Shown here piece after piece: positions 28,216 to 37,138 of a stretch of 64,000 nucleotides of DNA. This DNA comes from Nanobdellota archaeon (GTDB lineage: Archaea > Nanobdellota > Nanobdellia > Pacearchaeales > GW2011-AR1). The stretch lies in NCBI GenBank assembly GCA_022561055.1, contig JADFRY010000001.1, positions 57,025 through 121,024 on the forward strand, written 5' to 3'. A program made the translations under genes and the position numbers. The notes below the pieces were generated by a model, which saw only the letters and a list, made by a program, of their open reading frames with translations, did no database searches and had not been told where the DNA came from. Positions within the stretch are counted from its first letter, which is position 1; each line of letters begins with the position of its first letter.

Positions 28216-29535
28216 TTAAACCTTTATAAGCTCTACGTCAAGAATGTTTTTTAGGTTGTCTATGAAATCTTGTTCTTGGTCTTTTTGAATAATGCAGCCG
28301 GCTGCGTTTGGGTGTCCTCCTACTTCTCCAGATAGAGGCATGACTGCTCTGGCCAGGATTTCTCTTACGTTTCTTCCATTTCTGCCTGCTACTCTCGCCG
28401 ACACTTTTATTTTAGTTGTATCACAGTCAGCCATTGTTATAATAATCATTCCCTTTGGACACGAGGGCGAGAAGGACATTATCGATGCTATTGTTCCTAT
28501 CATTGTATCTTTTATTTTGTCTTGAGCATTAATTATTGTATAGTTTTTTCCTGATATTTTTTTCATTTGTGAAATTCGTCCGAGTGCCGATGATAGGCTT
28601 TGTCTGTATTTCGTGTATACTTTTTCTGCGTCTTTTTTTAACTTTTTATTTCCTAAGCAAAAGCCGAGAGATAATTCTGGGTAGTCCATTCTGCTGCATG
28701 CGTTTATCATTGCAGATAATTCTCTTGCATCTTCTATTCTATTGAAGAATTTTGTTAAGTATATGTTTCCTATAATTTCAGAATGATATTTTTCTCCGGA
28801 TTTTTTTAACATTATGGCTGTTAGGAGGGAGGACATTTCTTTTTCCGTTAGTTCTGCCAGAGATTTGAAACTCTTTGGCCCTCTTTCTATTCCTGACTCT
28901 CTTAATATTTCCAGGACACCCTTGAATGAACCAGTTACTCCTGGTATATGAAAGCCTAAAGAATTTTCTAGTACCCTGTCTAAAGGTCTCGTTGCTGGGT
29001 AGAGCAGAATCCCTTTCTTTATTAGAACTTCTGCATCTTTTAGTATTTTATCATAGATTTTTCCTATGTTTTTTTCTAAGACGTCTCCTATCATTCCAAT
29101 GACTGCGAGATTTGCCAAGTCTTTATTTTGTTCAGATAATTCGCGAGCAAATAAGTAGCAAAGAGCAGAAGAAGATATATTTTCTTCTTTGAAAAGTACC
29201 GGGTTGATTATTGTTATGTTAGAAGGAATTGATTGCATAATTTCGTGATGGTCTAAAATAAATATTTCTGTATTTTTTTTCTCTAGGTAGGGTAAACTTC
29301 CTGAAGCAAGGTCTAGAAAGATTAGTACATGGTTTTCTGGTAGATTTTCTATGAATTCCTTTTCAAGATTTTTAACTATTTGTAAAGAAAATTTTTTGTT
29401 CCATCTTTGCAACGCTCTTGAAAAAATAGCTGCTGAAGTAATGCCATCGGTGTCGTTGTGGCTGATTATTTTTATTGGTTTTTCTTTTGATAGTGTGTTG
29501 ATTTTTTCAATTAGTTCTTTTATTGCTTTTTGCAT
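28216..29535 (-). CDS. RecJ-like DHH phosphoesterase
   Basis: HNDTDG, DLAS, LDHH, GGHPNAAG; follows rps15 as in many archaea. Confidence 0.9.
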   Translation of the reverse strand: MQKAIKELIEKINTLSKEKPIKIISHNDTDGITSAAIFSRALQRWNKKFSLQIVKNLEKEFIENLPENHVLIFLDLASGSLPYLEKKNTEIFILDHHEIMQSIPSNITIINPVLFKEENISSSALCYLFARELSEQNKDLANLAVIGMIGDVLEKNIGKIYDKILKDAEVLIKKGILLYPATRPLDRVLENSLGFHIPGVTGSFKGVLEILRESGIERGPKSFKSLAELTEKEMSSLLTAIMLKKSGEKYHSEIIGNIYLTKFFNRIEDARELSAMINACSRMDYPELSLGFCLGNKKLKKDAEKVYTKYRQSLSSALGRISQMKKISGKNYTIINAQDKIKDTMIGTIASIMSFSPSCPKGMIIITMADCDTTKIKVSARVAGRNGRNVREILARAVMPLSGEVGGHPNAAGCIIQKDQEQDFIDNLKNILDVELIKV

Positions 29536-29598
29536 CCTATAAACTTGATTGTCTTTATGAAGTATAAGACAACAATCTAAACCTCTTTTAAGTAATTA

Positions 29599-29934
29599 TT
29601 ATTTATTTGCTAACTTTTTTAATTTATTGAGTCTTGCTGTATATTTTACAAGCGACCTTTTGCTTGTGTAGTCATGTTTGTTTTTCTCAAGGTGTTTTCT
29701 TAGGGCAATTATTTTTTTGTTTGCGTTATTGTATTCACTATCTTCCCATAAACCAGCCCTTTCTAATATTTTTTTAGTTTTTGTGCCGAATATTTTGACT
29801 TTTGGTATTCCGTGTTGGTCTCTTATTATGAGTCCGATTTTTTCTGGAGGGGTGCCTTTTTTTGCTAATTCAATTATTTCTTTCTCTATTTCTTCTGGTT
29901 TTGTCTTTACCCAATCTGTTTTTTGTTGCTGCAT
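29599..29934 (-). CDS. rps15: ribosomal protein uS15 (shortened)
   Basis: IGLIIRDQHGIP, LRKHLEKNKHD; lacks the usual MARMH N-terminus. Confidence 0.9.
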   Translation of the reverse strand: MQQQKTDWVKTKPEEIEKEIIELAKKGTPPEKIGLIIRDQHGIPKVKIFGTKTKKILERAGLWEDSEYNNANKKIIALRKHLEKNKHDYTSKRSLVKYTARLNKLKKLANK

Positions 29935-29986
29935 GTTTAAGAGTGTTGTGGTGAAGGTTTAAAAAGATAACTGCAAGGGTTTTTTC

Positions 29987-30511
29987 ATGGAAGAAGTTAG
30001 GAGTGGAATTTTTAGGCTGGAAGATGGAATTGTAAATCCTAGTGAGAAGCAGTTGGTAGTAGTACATCCTTGGTATGAAGATAATCATGGGAGTAGGAGC
30101 AAGGATTATTTATTGAATATTGAGAGATTGCTTAATGATTATGATGGGCAGGTTATTGTTTTGGAAGAGGATAGAAATTTAGAGTCTACAGTGGAGAGAT
30201 TTTTGGGATTTGATAGAACAGATGGAAGATATTTTGTCTTTACGGAGGAGGATGACGCGGAATCGGCAGATGATATCGCTTCGGAAGAATTTGAATTGAT
30301 AAATACGGATTGGGAAGAACTTGCGGATTTTATCAGGCCAATGGGAAAGGAAGTAAGATATGCCGGAGGATTTTTCTGGGGAAATGTTAAGCCTCATCCT
30401 GCCATTGCCGAAGCAACATGGAGAAATCATAATGGATGTTTGGGTAATGCATATGAAGAGCTCAAGAGTAGAGGAATAACTGGAGAAGCGGTTCCAGGTT
30501 GTGTGTTTTGA
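29987..30511 (+). CDS. acidic hypothetical protein
   Basis: 174-aa ORF with VVVHP and GCL motifs; family not recognised. Confidence 0.6.
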   Translation: MEEVRSGIFRLEDGIVNPSEKQLVVVHPWYEDNHGSRSKDYLLNIERLLNDYDGQVIVLEEDRNLESTVERFLGFDRTDGRYFVFTEEDDAESADDIASEEFELINTDWEELADFIRPMGKEVRYAGGFFWGNVKPHPAIAEATWRNHNGCLGNAYEELKSRGITGEAVPGCVF

Positions 30512-30548
30512 GAAATCCTTATAAAGCTAGTTTTTTATCATGAAATAT

Positions 30549-30621
30549 AGCCCTATAGTCTAGTGGTCAAGGACGCGGCCCCTTGGAGGCCGAAACCCCG
30601 GTTCGAATCCGGGTGGGGCTA
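30549..30621 (+). tRNA. tRNA-Gln(TTG) with C33
   Basis: AGCCCTA/TGGGGCT acceptor (A1-U72); CGGCC-CCTTGGA-GGCCG; GGTTCGAATCC. Confidence 0.9.
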
Positions 30622-30652
30622 TTTTTATAAACTCTTTTTTCTTATAATAAGT

Positions 30653-30865
30653 ATGGTAATGGCGTACGGCTCTAAGAGGGTTGGCGATATTAGGAATGAA
30701 CCCTCTTATCGGGATCCCAGTAGGGTTTTGTTTGGTTTAAGAATGGATCGAGTTATAGACCAACTTGAGGAGGATGGTCGCCGGAGGATAGAGCAGGGTT
30801 TAGAGGATGTTGATGGAGCAAAGAGGAAGACATATAAGATTTTAGGTTTGAGGGTTGTTATTTAA
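30653..30865 (+). CDS. small hypothetical protein
   Basis: ATG 30653 with TTTATAAA box upstream; the longer track ORF overlaps the tRNA. Confidence 0.5.
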   Translation: MVMAYGSKRVGDIRNEPSYRDPSRVLFGLRMDRVIDQLEEDGRRRIEQGLEDVDGAKRKTYKILGLRVVI

Positions 30866-31578
30866 TATTGCGTTTTATATCTTCCTCGAGATTCTACTTT
30901 TTTTAATCTAACTAGGACTTGGGAGTAATTTTTTGAGCTTTTGTAGCCTTGCAGGATTGCCTTAAAGCAGGCTTCATGGATTTTAGAGTGTTTTGCTTCT
31001 AACGCCTGAGAGATTAGATGTAGGTCGACGGCTTTGTCTTCGATTCTATCGCTATGGAATCCTAAACCGAAGTCGATGAAGAATACATTTGGTATTTTGG
31101 AATTGGAACTAACCCTCCCACCCATCCCTTTGTTATCTATTAAACTACTGTCTTTGTTATGGGATAATTTGGATTTGTGTTGATTTGAGGGACTTGATGT
31201 AGAAGAGAGAATCATATTACTAGTAGTTAAATCTCCATGGATGATTCCGGCATCGTGTAGTTTTGCGATGTTTTTTCCGATTTGTTTAGAGACCGCTATT
31301 TTATTTGGTAGTTTGTCGAGGTGTTTCGAGAGTTTTTTGCCTGATATGAAATCCATTGTTATTTCAAAATTGTCTGAGCCTAAGATTTTAGGAGAGGGAA
31401 TAATAGATGATATTTTTTTTAGTATTTTAGTTTCTGAGCGAGTTCTTCTAGTTCTTAACTTTTTATCTAGTTCTGGATGGCGGTAGCCTTTTTCTACGCG
31501 AGTTTTTAGGACTTTGTTTCCTATTTTAGAGATTACGGCTTCTGCGCCTCGGGCGATGATTTTACTTTTAAGACTCAT
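30862..31578 (-). CDS. bud32: KEOPS kinase Bud32 with ~36-aa insertion
   Basis: RGAEA, YRHPELD, IIHGDLTTSN, IDFGL, EDKAVDL, RGRY. Confidence 0.93.
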   Translation of the reverse strand: MSLKSKIIARGAEAVISKIGNKVLKTRVEKGYRHPELDKKLRTRRTRSETKILKKISSIIPSPKILGSDNFEITMDFISGKKLSKHLDKLPNKIAVSKQIGKNIAKLHDAGIIHGDLTTSNMILSSTSSPSNQHKSKLSHNKDSSLIDNKGMGGRVSSNSKIPNVFFIDFGLGFHSDRIEDKAVDLHLISQALEAKHSKIHEACFKAILQGYKSSKNYSQVLVRLKKVESRGRYKTQY

Positions 31579-31628
31579 AATTTATTTACAATAATAATGT
31601 TTTTAAAGCTATTACAGTGTTCTTTTTT

Positions 31629-32240
31629 ATGAAATTTGATCCTGTTTTGGAAGCAGAACGTGTTAAGAGGCTTAATGATTTAGTCGGGGGCGTTGAGAAC
31701 TATGATATTTTTGTTAGTACTGATGTAGATTCTTATAGCGAAGTGAGAGCTAAGTCAGGATTATTTGATGCATTGGAAAATTTATGTGAGGAGTTAGGAC
31801 ATAAACCTTTCATGCCCCATCATTTTGCTTTTGATGATAATGGAAGAGAAACTTTGGAGGCTAGGGACTTATATGTTTTAGTTAATGAGCTAATGGTTCC
31901 TAAATGCGATTTGTTTCTTGGTTATTTAGGTATTATGTCTACAGGAGTTGGCATGATGGTTGGGAAAGCTATGTTAGAGAGGAAAGATATTATATTTTTT
32001 CATGAAAAAGGAAATAAGTTAGAAACAGTTTCAGATGTCAGAAAACTGGTCAGAGGAACTTCTATGGATTCATTGACAGATCCAGAAATTCTTAATAGTC
32101 CACGTATTTTTTACCATCATGATCACCCACATGGGCCATTGATTCCATATCCTCATTTGAGAGGGGTTGTTAGATTTGATGGTGTTAGTGAATGTGTTGA
32201 TAAACTTAGGGTAGAGATAAAGAGATACGCTGAGGGATGA
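31629..32240 (+). CDS. nucleoside 2-deoxyribosyltransferase-like fold protein
   Basis: PFMPH, CDLFLG, STGVGMMVGKA (STGxxxExGxA with Glu replaced by Met). Confidence 0.55.
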   Translation: MKFDPVLEAERVKRLNDLVGGVENYDIFVSTDVDSYSEVRAKSGLFDALENLCEELGHKPFMPHHFAFDDNGRETLEARDLYVLVNELMVPKCDLFLGYLGIMSTGVGMMVGKAMLERKDIIFFHEKGNKLETVSDVRKLVRGTSMDSLTDPEILNSPRIFYHHDHPHGPLIPYPHLRGVVRFDGVSECVDKLRVEIKRYAEG

Positions 32241-32321
32241 GTTTTAAGGGTTTTTGGGGAAGGTATTTAACTCAGAAATTGCTTTGTTAGTGAGAGCTTG
32301 AATGCTTTTCTGGTTTAGATA

Positions 32322-32639
32322 TCATGCTGCTAACCTATCCATTTTTCTTAGTGGGCGGATATTATAGCCAACTCTTGAAGAGGCATAGGCATCTGTTTTG
32401 CATTCGTCTATTAATCCTTGTGCATGTCCGCTTTCGTGATGATAGACAAATTGTCGGTCGTGTTCTGAGATATCACTTGCAACATAGATTGTATGAGTGA
32501 TTGAATCATACATTCCTAAGACTCCTGGCGGGAGTTGAGAAGAAGGGACTTCTATTATTTTAGCTCCAGAGTTATAATCTATTTCTAGTTTTCTTTCTAA
32601 TTCAGAGGGTGTTTCTGTATTGTGAGGTCTTTGTTTCAT
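32322..32639 (-). CDS. small zincin (HExxH; ImmA/IrrE-like)
   Basis: LGMYD...TIYV...FVYHHESGH...E..TD.YA. Confidence 0.7.
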   Translation of the reverse strand: MKQRPHNTETPSELERKLEIDYNSGAKIIEVPSSQLPPGVLGMYDSITHTIYVASDISEHDRQFVYHHESGHAQGLIDECKTDAYASSRVGYNIRPLRKMDRLAA

Positions 32640-32714
32640 TAAACTAAGAGATGAGTAGAGGTTAAAAGGGTTTTGGGAAGTATGGTGGCTAAAGCTTAAA
32701 TACTTGAGAGAGGA

Positions 32715-33449
32715 TTGGGTTTTATGGAAATTTTATTTATAGACGAATCCGAATTTAATAAAAAAATGAAAAAAGACTGCTTTATACTTGGAGGGGTTTC
32801 TATTGCGGAAGAAAATTTGATAAATTTTGAGCAAAAAATAGATTCCTTGAAGTCTGAGCTAAAGGTTAAGAATCTCAAAGAATTTAGAGACACAACCAAG
32901 ATAAAAAGGAAAGAAAAACTTAAAATAACTGAGACAATAGTTTCTATATTGAAGGAGTGTAATGTTTCAGTATCCTCCGTTATTTTTGGAGATTTAGAGG
33001 AAAATTACTGGGAAAATTATTCTAACGCTTTATATTTCATATTGGAAAGATTTTTCCTTAGACTTCATAGAAATAAACAGTTTGGATTAGTAATATGTGA
33101 CTCTCTTTCTAAGGAAAGAGAGTTTCTAATAGCTTCAAAAATGATTTTAGAGATAAAAAATTGTAATGTGATTTTGAAAGGGGATGATAAGGGTAAAATG
33201 AGCGCTCACGTTTATCCTTCAATTTTATTCCAAATGGACGAGTTCTGTAATGCGTTGCAAGTTGCAGATCTTATTTGCTCATCTTTACAGTTAGCTGTTA
33301 GAGAGTTTAAGGCTAGCAATCCTGGAATTACTATAAAAGGTAACGAGCATGTTTTGAAAGAACTCAGTCCTTATTTAGAGTTATATTACCCTCTTTTTGA
33401 GAAGGGTCCCTTTGGCATAAGGGGTTGGGGAATAAAAGTTTGGGATTAA
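32715..33449 (+). CDS. DUF3800 family protein
   Basis: LFIDES, FILGGV, LERF, ICDS, LQVADLI, GWGIKVW. Confidence 0.85.
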   Translation: MGFMEILFIDESEFNKKMKKDCFILGGVSIAEENLINFEQKIDSLKSELKVKNLKEFRDTTKIKRKEKLKITETIVSILKECNVSVSSVIFGDLEENYWENYSNALYFILERFFLRLHRNKQFGLVICDSLSKEREFLIASKMILEIKNCNVILKGDDKGKMSAHVYPSILFQMDEFCNALQVADLICSSLQLAVREFKASNPGITIKGNEHVLKELSPYLELYYPLFEKGPFGIRGWGIKVWD

Positions 33450-33460
33450 CTATTTTCTTC

Positions 33461-34822
33461 CTAGAACCCTCTCTTCATCTTCTTCCCGCCGAGCTTCTTG
33501 GCCATTTTCATAAGAGTTTTTTGGTCTATTTTTCCTTCCGCCATGTCGCTTTGCGATTTAACCATTTCTTGAATCATTTTGTATTGTTTAAGCATCATTC
33601 TAATTTCACTAGTTGTCGTTCCGGAACCCTTTGCAATTCTTTGTATCCTTGCTGTTTGTTTTTCTAATAGCTCGGGGTCGTTTTTTTCTTCTTCAGTCAT
33701 TGATTGTTTTATATAATCCCATCTTTTTAGTTTGTCCAAGTCAGTTTTTGCAGATTCGGGCACTTTAATTTTTCCTAAGCCTGGTATCATGGACATTATC
33801 TTATCTATACTTCCTATATCCCCCATACCTTTTGCTTGCTCTATGAAATCTTCTAAGTTTAATTTGCCTTCTTCCAGTCTTTTTTGAGTTTCTTCTAGTT
33901 TTTTAGGGTCTGCTGCGGATTTTACTTTTTCGATAAGTGATTCCAAGTCTCCCATGCCGAGAAGACGCGATAGGAATGAATTCGGATTAAAATGTTCTAG
34001 GTCTACTGGCTTTTCTCCTGTTCCTATGAAGACGACCGGAACTTTAATTTCGGCGCAAGCTGTTAAAGCTCCCCCGGCTTTCGCCGTGGAGTCCATTCTC
34101 GTTATGATTACGCCGGTTATTTTTACAGCTTCTTTGAAAGTTTCTGCCTGGGTTTTCGCAGCCTGACCTATGTCTGCAGGCATTACGAGGAAAGTTTCTG
34201 TTGGATCGACTATGCGAGAAATTGATTTTATTTCGGTAATTAAGTCTTTGTTGAGAGCATCTCTTCCTGCAGTATCGACGAGGACGAGATTATATTTTGA
34301 TGTTTCTTTTTCATATTTTTTCCATATTTTTAAAGGGTCTTTTTCTTTCGAGTCTATGAAAGCAGGTATATTTAGTTTGTCGCATAACTGTTTTAATTGT
34401 TCTGAGGCTGCGGGCCTGTGAACGTCTAGACCAACGGCGCAGACTTTCTTTCCTCTTTTACTATAATATAGAGCTAGCTTCGAGATCGTTGTGGTTTTTC
34501 CTGCTCCATAGAGTCCGAGCATCAAGAAGACATTTCTTTTTCCTAGTTTGATTTGTTTTTCTTCTCCTAAAATTGTTAGTAGTTCGTTGTGGAGGAGTTT
34601 GATTATATGCTCTTTTTTTTCAATTCCTTTAATCCTTTCATCTAAAGCTGCTTTTTTTATTTTATTAGAGAGATCCAGGACTAATTGGACATTGACGTCT
34701 GCTTCTATCAACGCTCTTTGCAAGTCTTTTACGATTGAGTCTACGAGGTTTTTGTCTAGAAAGATAGCATTCGCTATTTTGTCTGTTGCTTTTTTTAACG
34801 CGTTTGATAGTTTGTCTAACAT
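33461..34822 (-). CDS. srp54: signal recognition particle protein SRP54
   Basis: LIEADVN, GLYGAGKTT, DTAGR, AKAGGAL, RIAKGSG. Confidence 0.97.
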   Translation of the reverse strand: MLDKLSNALKKATDKIANAIFLDKNLVDSIVKDLQRALIEADVNVQLVLDLSNKIKKAALDERIKGIEKKEHIIKLLHNELLTILGEEKQIKLGKRNVFLMLGLYGAGKTTTISKLALYYSKRGKKVCAVGLDVHRPAASEQLKQLCDKLNIPAFIDSKEKDPLKIWKKYEKETSKYNLVLVDTAGRDALNKDLITEIKSISRIVDPTETFLVMPADIGQAAKTQAETFKEAVKITGVIITRMDSTAKAGGALTACAEIKVPVVFIGTGEKPVDLEHFNPNSFLSRLLGMGDLESLIEKVKSAADPKKLEETQKRLEEGKLNLEDFIEQAKGMGDIGSIDKIMSMIPGLGKIKVPESAKTDLDKLKRWDYIKQSMTEEEKNDPELLEKQTARIQRIAKGSGTTTSEIRMMLKQYKMIQEMVKSQSDMAEGKIDQKTLMKMAKKLGGKKMKRGF

Positions 34823-34875
34823 GAAAAAGAGAGAAAAAGAGGAGTATTAAAGGTTTTCCCTAAATGCAATTTGAA

Positions 34876-35508
34876 TTATTTGTCGTTTTCGTTAGGAGTT
34901 GGATTGTATATAGATTCTAATCTAGCTTTTCTTTTATCTATTAGCTCTTGTCTCGTAGTTTCAGTTTGATCGGTTAATTCTGATAGGCCTGATTCTGTTA
35001 TTCTGTCGAATGGAACATATTCGCTTGTTGGTGTTTGAATATAAGGATGTTTTGTGCCGTCGCTTCTTTCGACTAAGACTCCTCTGTCGTTAGGGGTTTC
35101 GAATGGAATTAATCGAGTTTCTCTTCCACTATGATATCCAATTGTAATGCCGAAAATTATTGTTCCATAGACAGCTAATCCTGAAACAGCTCCGATCATA
35201 GGATTACGAGGACGTAGATGATGAGCACCACCAGCACCAGCAACAATAGCATTACCAACACCAACAGCACCAACAGCAGCAGCAGCACCAACAATAGCAG
35301 CACCAACAATAGCACCAGTACCAGCACCAGTACCAGCAACAGCACCAGCAGCATAAACAACAATAACACCAACAGCAGCACCAACAGCACCAACAGCACC
35401 AACAGCAGCACCAACAGCAGCAGTACCAGCAGCAACCTTAAGACCACCCTCCATATCATGTTTGTTAGTAGTGTCTTGAATTTCTTGGTCTGTTTTTTCT
35501 TCTGGCAT
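34876..35508 (-). CDS. membrane protein with Gly/Ala/Val low-complexity (glycine-zipper-like) tract
   Basis: AAVGAAVGAVGAVGAAVG tract encoded by the repeat at 35224-35435. Confidence 0.65.
   Translation of the reverse strand: MPEEKTDQEIQDTTNKHDMEGGLKVAAGTAAVGAAVGAVGAVGAAVGVIVVYAAGAVAGTGAGTGAIVGAAIVGAAAAVGAVGVGNAIVAGAGGAHHLRPRNPMIGAVSGLAVYGTIIFGITIGYHSGRETRLIPFETPNDRGVLVERSDGTKHPYIQTPTSEYVPFDRITESGLSELTDQTETTRQELIDKRKARLESIYNPTPNENDK
35224..35435. repeat. imperfect ACCAACAGC/AGC tandem repeat
   Basis: Repeated 9-12 bp units visible directly. Confidence 0.85.
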
Positions 35509-35650
35509 GGTTTTTTAGATTTAGGGGAGTTTATAAAGTTTTCTATTGATGTAATTGTGTAGTGGTGTTTTATTTTTAAAAGAGGATGGTAATAAAGTTA
35601 TGGTTTAGTGCAGTAAGGTTTATTAAGGGATTTTTGTTTTATGAGTTATT

Positions 35651-36028
35651 ATGGTAGGTGATCATGATATTGGATGTCCTATTTCTATTCACGAAGCAGT
35701 CTATACTGGTAGCTATGTTTGTTTTAGGGATGGTAATCGAAATTTAAGTATTCCTGTAAATGATTGTTCTCTTGAATATCTGTCTCCTGTTTCTTCTAGT
35801 TATTTTGACCATGCTAGTGGCGCATTTAGAGATAGAACTTATCCTGAAGCACGTGCTATTGCGATTGAAAGAGGAGCAAGTATTATAGCTAGGTCACCCC
35901 GGGGAGGTCCAACACCGAGTGGGAATTATCCTTTGTTTAAATGGGTTGATAGAGAGACTGAAAGTGCTGTTGAAGAAAGAGAGCCATTTGAAGAGCGGGT
36001 GCCTGTAGAGGTTTTCGCTTTAGCTTAG
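35651..36028 (+). CDS. hypothetical protein
   Basis: ORF with TTTATTAA box upstream. Confidence 0.55.
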   Translation: MVGDHDIGCPISIHEAVYTGSYVCFRDGNRNLSIPVNDCSLEYLSPVSSSYFDHASGAFRDRTYPEARAIAIERGASIIARSPRGGPTPSGNYPLFKWVDRETESAVEEREPFEERVPVEVFALA

Positions 36029-37027
36029 ACCCAAGTTCTTAAGGACTTCTGCTTTCTTGAAATCTTTTAAATCATTCATTCCCTGGCCAGTGCCTAAGAA
36101 GAAGATTGGTTTTTGAGTTATGTAAGAAACTGATAAAGCAGTTCCGCCTTTTTCATCTACATCTGCTTTGCTTAAGATTATACCGTCTATTCCGACAGCT
36201 TTATCAAATGTGCGGGCTTGTTCTGTCGCATCATTTCCCGTGATTGACTCTCCGACGAAGATTTTTAAATCAGGTTTGGAGACGCGAATTATTTTTTCCA
36301 TTTGTTTTAAGAGATTTTCTTTAGTATACATACGGCCTGCAGTATCTATGAGAACACATTTGATATGATTTTTTTCTGCATATTTTTTAGCATCGAATGC
36401 AACTGCTGCCGGGTCAGAACCATATTGATGTTTTATGACTTTTATTTTGAGATTAGTTGCGTGTTTTTCGAGTTGTTCTATAGAGGCTGCTCTGAATGTG
36501 TCTGATGCTGCCAAGACGCAAGAAATTTTTTCTTGTTTTAATTTGTAGGCAAGTTTTGCCATAGATGTTGTTTTTCCAGAACCGTTGATACCGAAGAAAA
36601 TTATTGTAAATGGATTTTTAGAAGAATTTTTTATTTGTTTTATTAAGTCTGGAGGCTCTATCAATACATTCGATATAGATTCTTTTAAGCTGTTGGTAAT
36701 TGTTTGTTCTATGTCTCCTTTTTTTGTTTCTATTCCTACGAGGTCTTTTGTTAAATCTTGGCGAATTTTGTCGACTACTTCTAGAGCCACATTGTTTTCT
36801 AAGAGAATTATCTCGAGGTCCTCAAAAATTAAGTCAATATGCTCTTGTGTTAAGGTTATTGTTTTTAATTTTATGGAGAGCTTTGCAAAAAGGCTTTTTT
36901 TCTCTGGCTCTATGAGTATTTTCTTTTTTTCTTTTTTCGGCTTTTCGCTAGGTTTTTTCTTTTCTGGCTTTTCTTTTTCTGATTTACCGAGCCAGGAGCT
37001 GAGTTTTTCTCTTAAGGATTTAAACAT
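36020..37027 (-). CDS. ftsY: SRP receptor FtsY
   Basis: GINGSGKTT, DTFRAAS, DTAGR, SKADVDEKGG, GTGQ. Confidence 0.97.
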   Translation of the reverse strand: MFKSLREKLSSWLGKSEKEKPEKKKPSEKPKKEKKKILIEPEKKSLFAKLSIKLKTITLTQEHIDLIFEDLEIILLENNVALEVVDKIRQDLTKDLVGIETKKGDIEQTITNSLKESISNVLIEPPDLIKQIKNSSKNPFTIIFFGINGSGKTTSMAKLAYKLKQEKISCVLAASDTFRAASIEQLEKHATNLKIKVIKHQYGSDPAAVAFDAKKYAEKNHIKCVLIDTAGRMYTKENLLKQMEKIIRVSKPDLKIFVGESITGNDATEQARTFDKAVGIDGIILSKADVDEKGGTALSVSYITQKPIFFLGTGQGMNDLKDFKKAEVLKNLGLS

Positions 37028-37138
37028 GTTTTTATGAAGAGAGAGAAGGTTTTAAAAGATGTTGTTTTTTTACCCCTTCAAAGTATTTATGCTTTTTACA
37101 CTAACAAACTTTATTAAGTTAAACATGTTCTGAATGGC

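Noticed and set aside
31087-31206. Intein or BHB intron in bud32
   Set aside because: No C/S...HN intein termini, far too short for an intein, and no convincing BHB.
35196-35562. Leu/Val-rich and Ser/Thr/Asn-rich ORFs
   Set aside because: Alternative-frame readings of the same repeat; only 34876..35508 has non-repetitive flanks and a suitable promoter.
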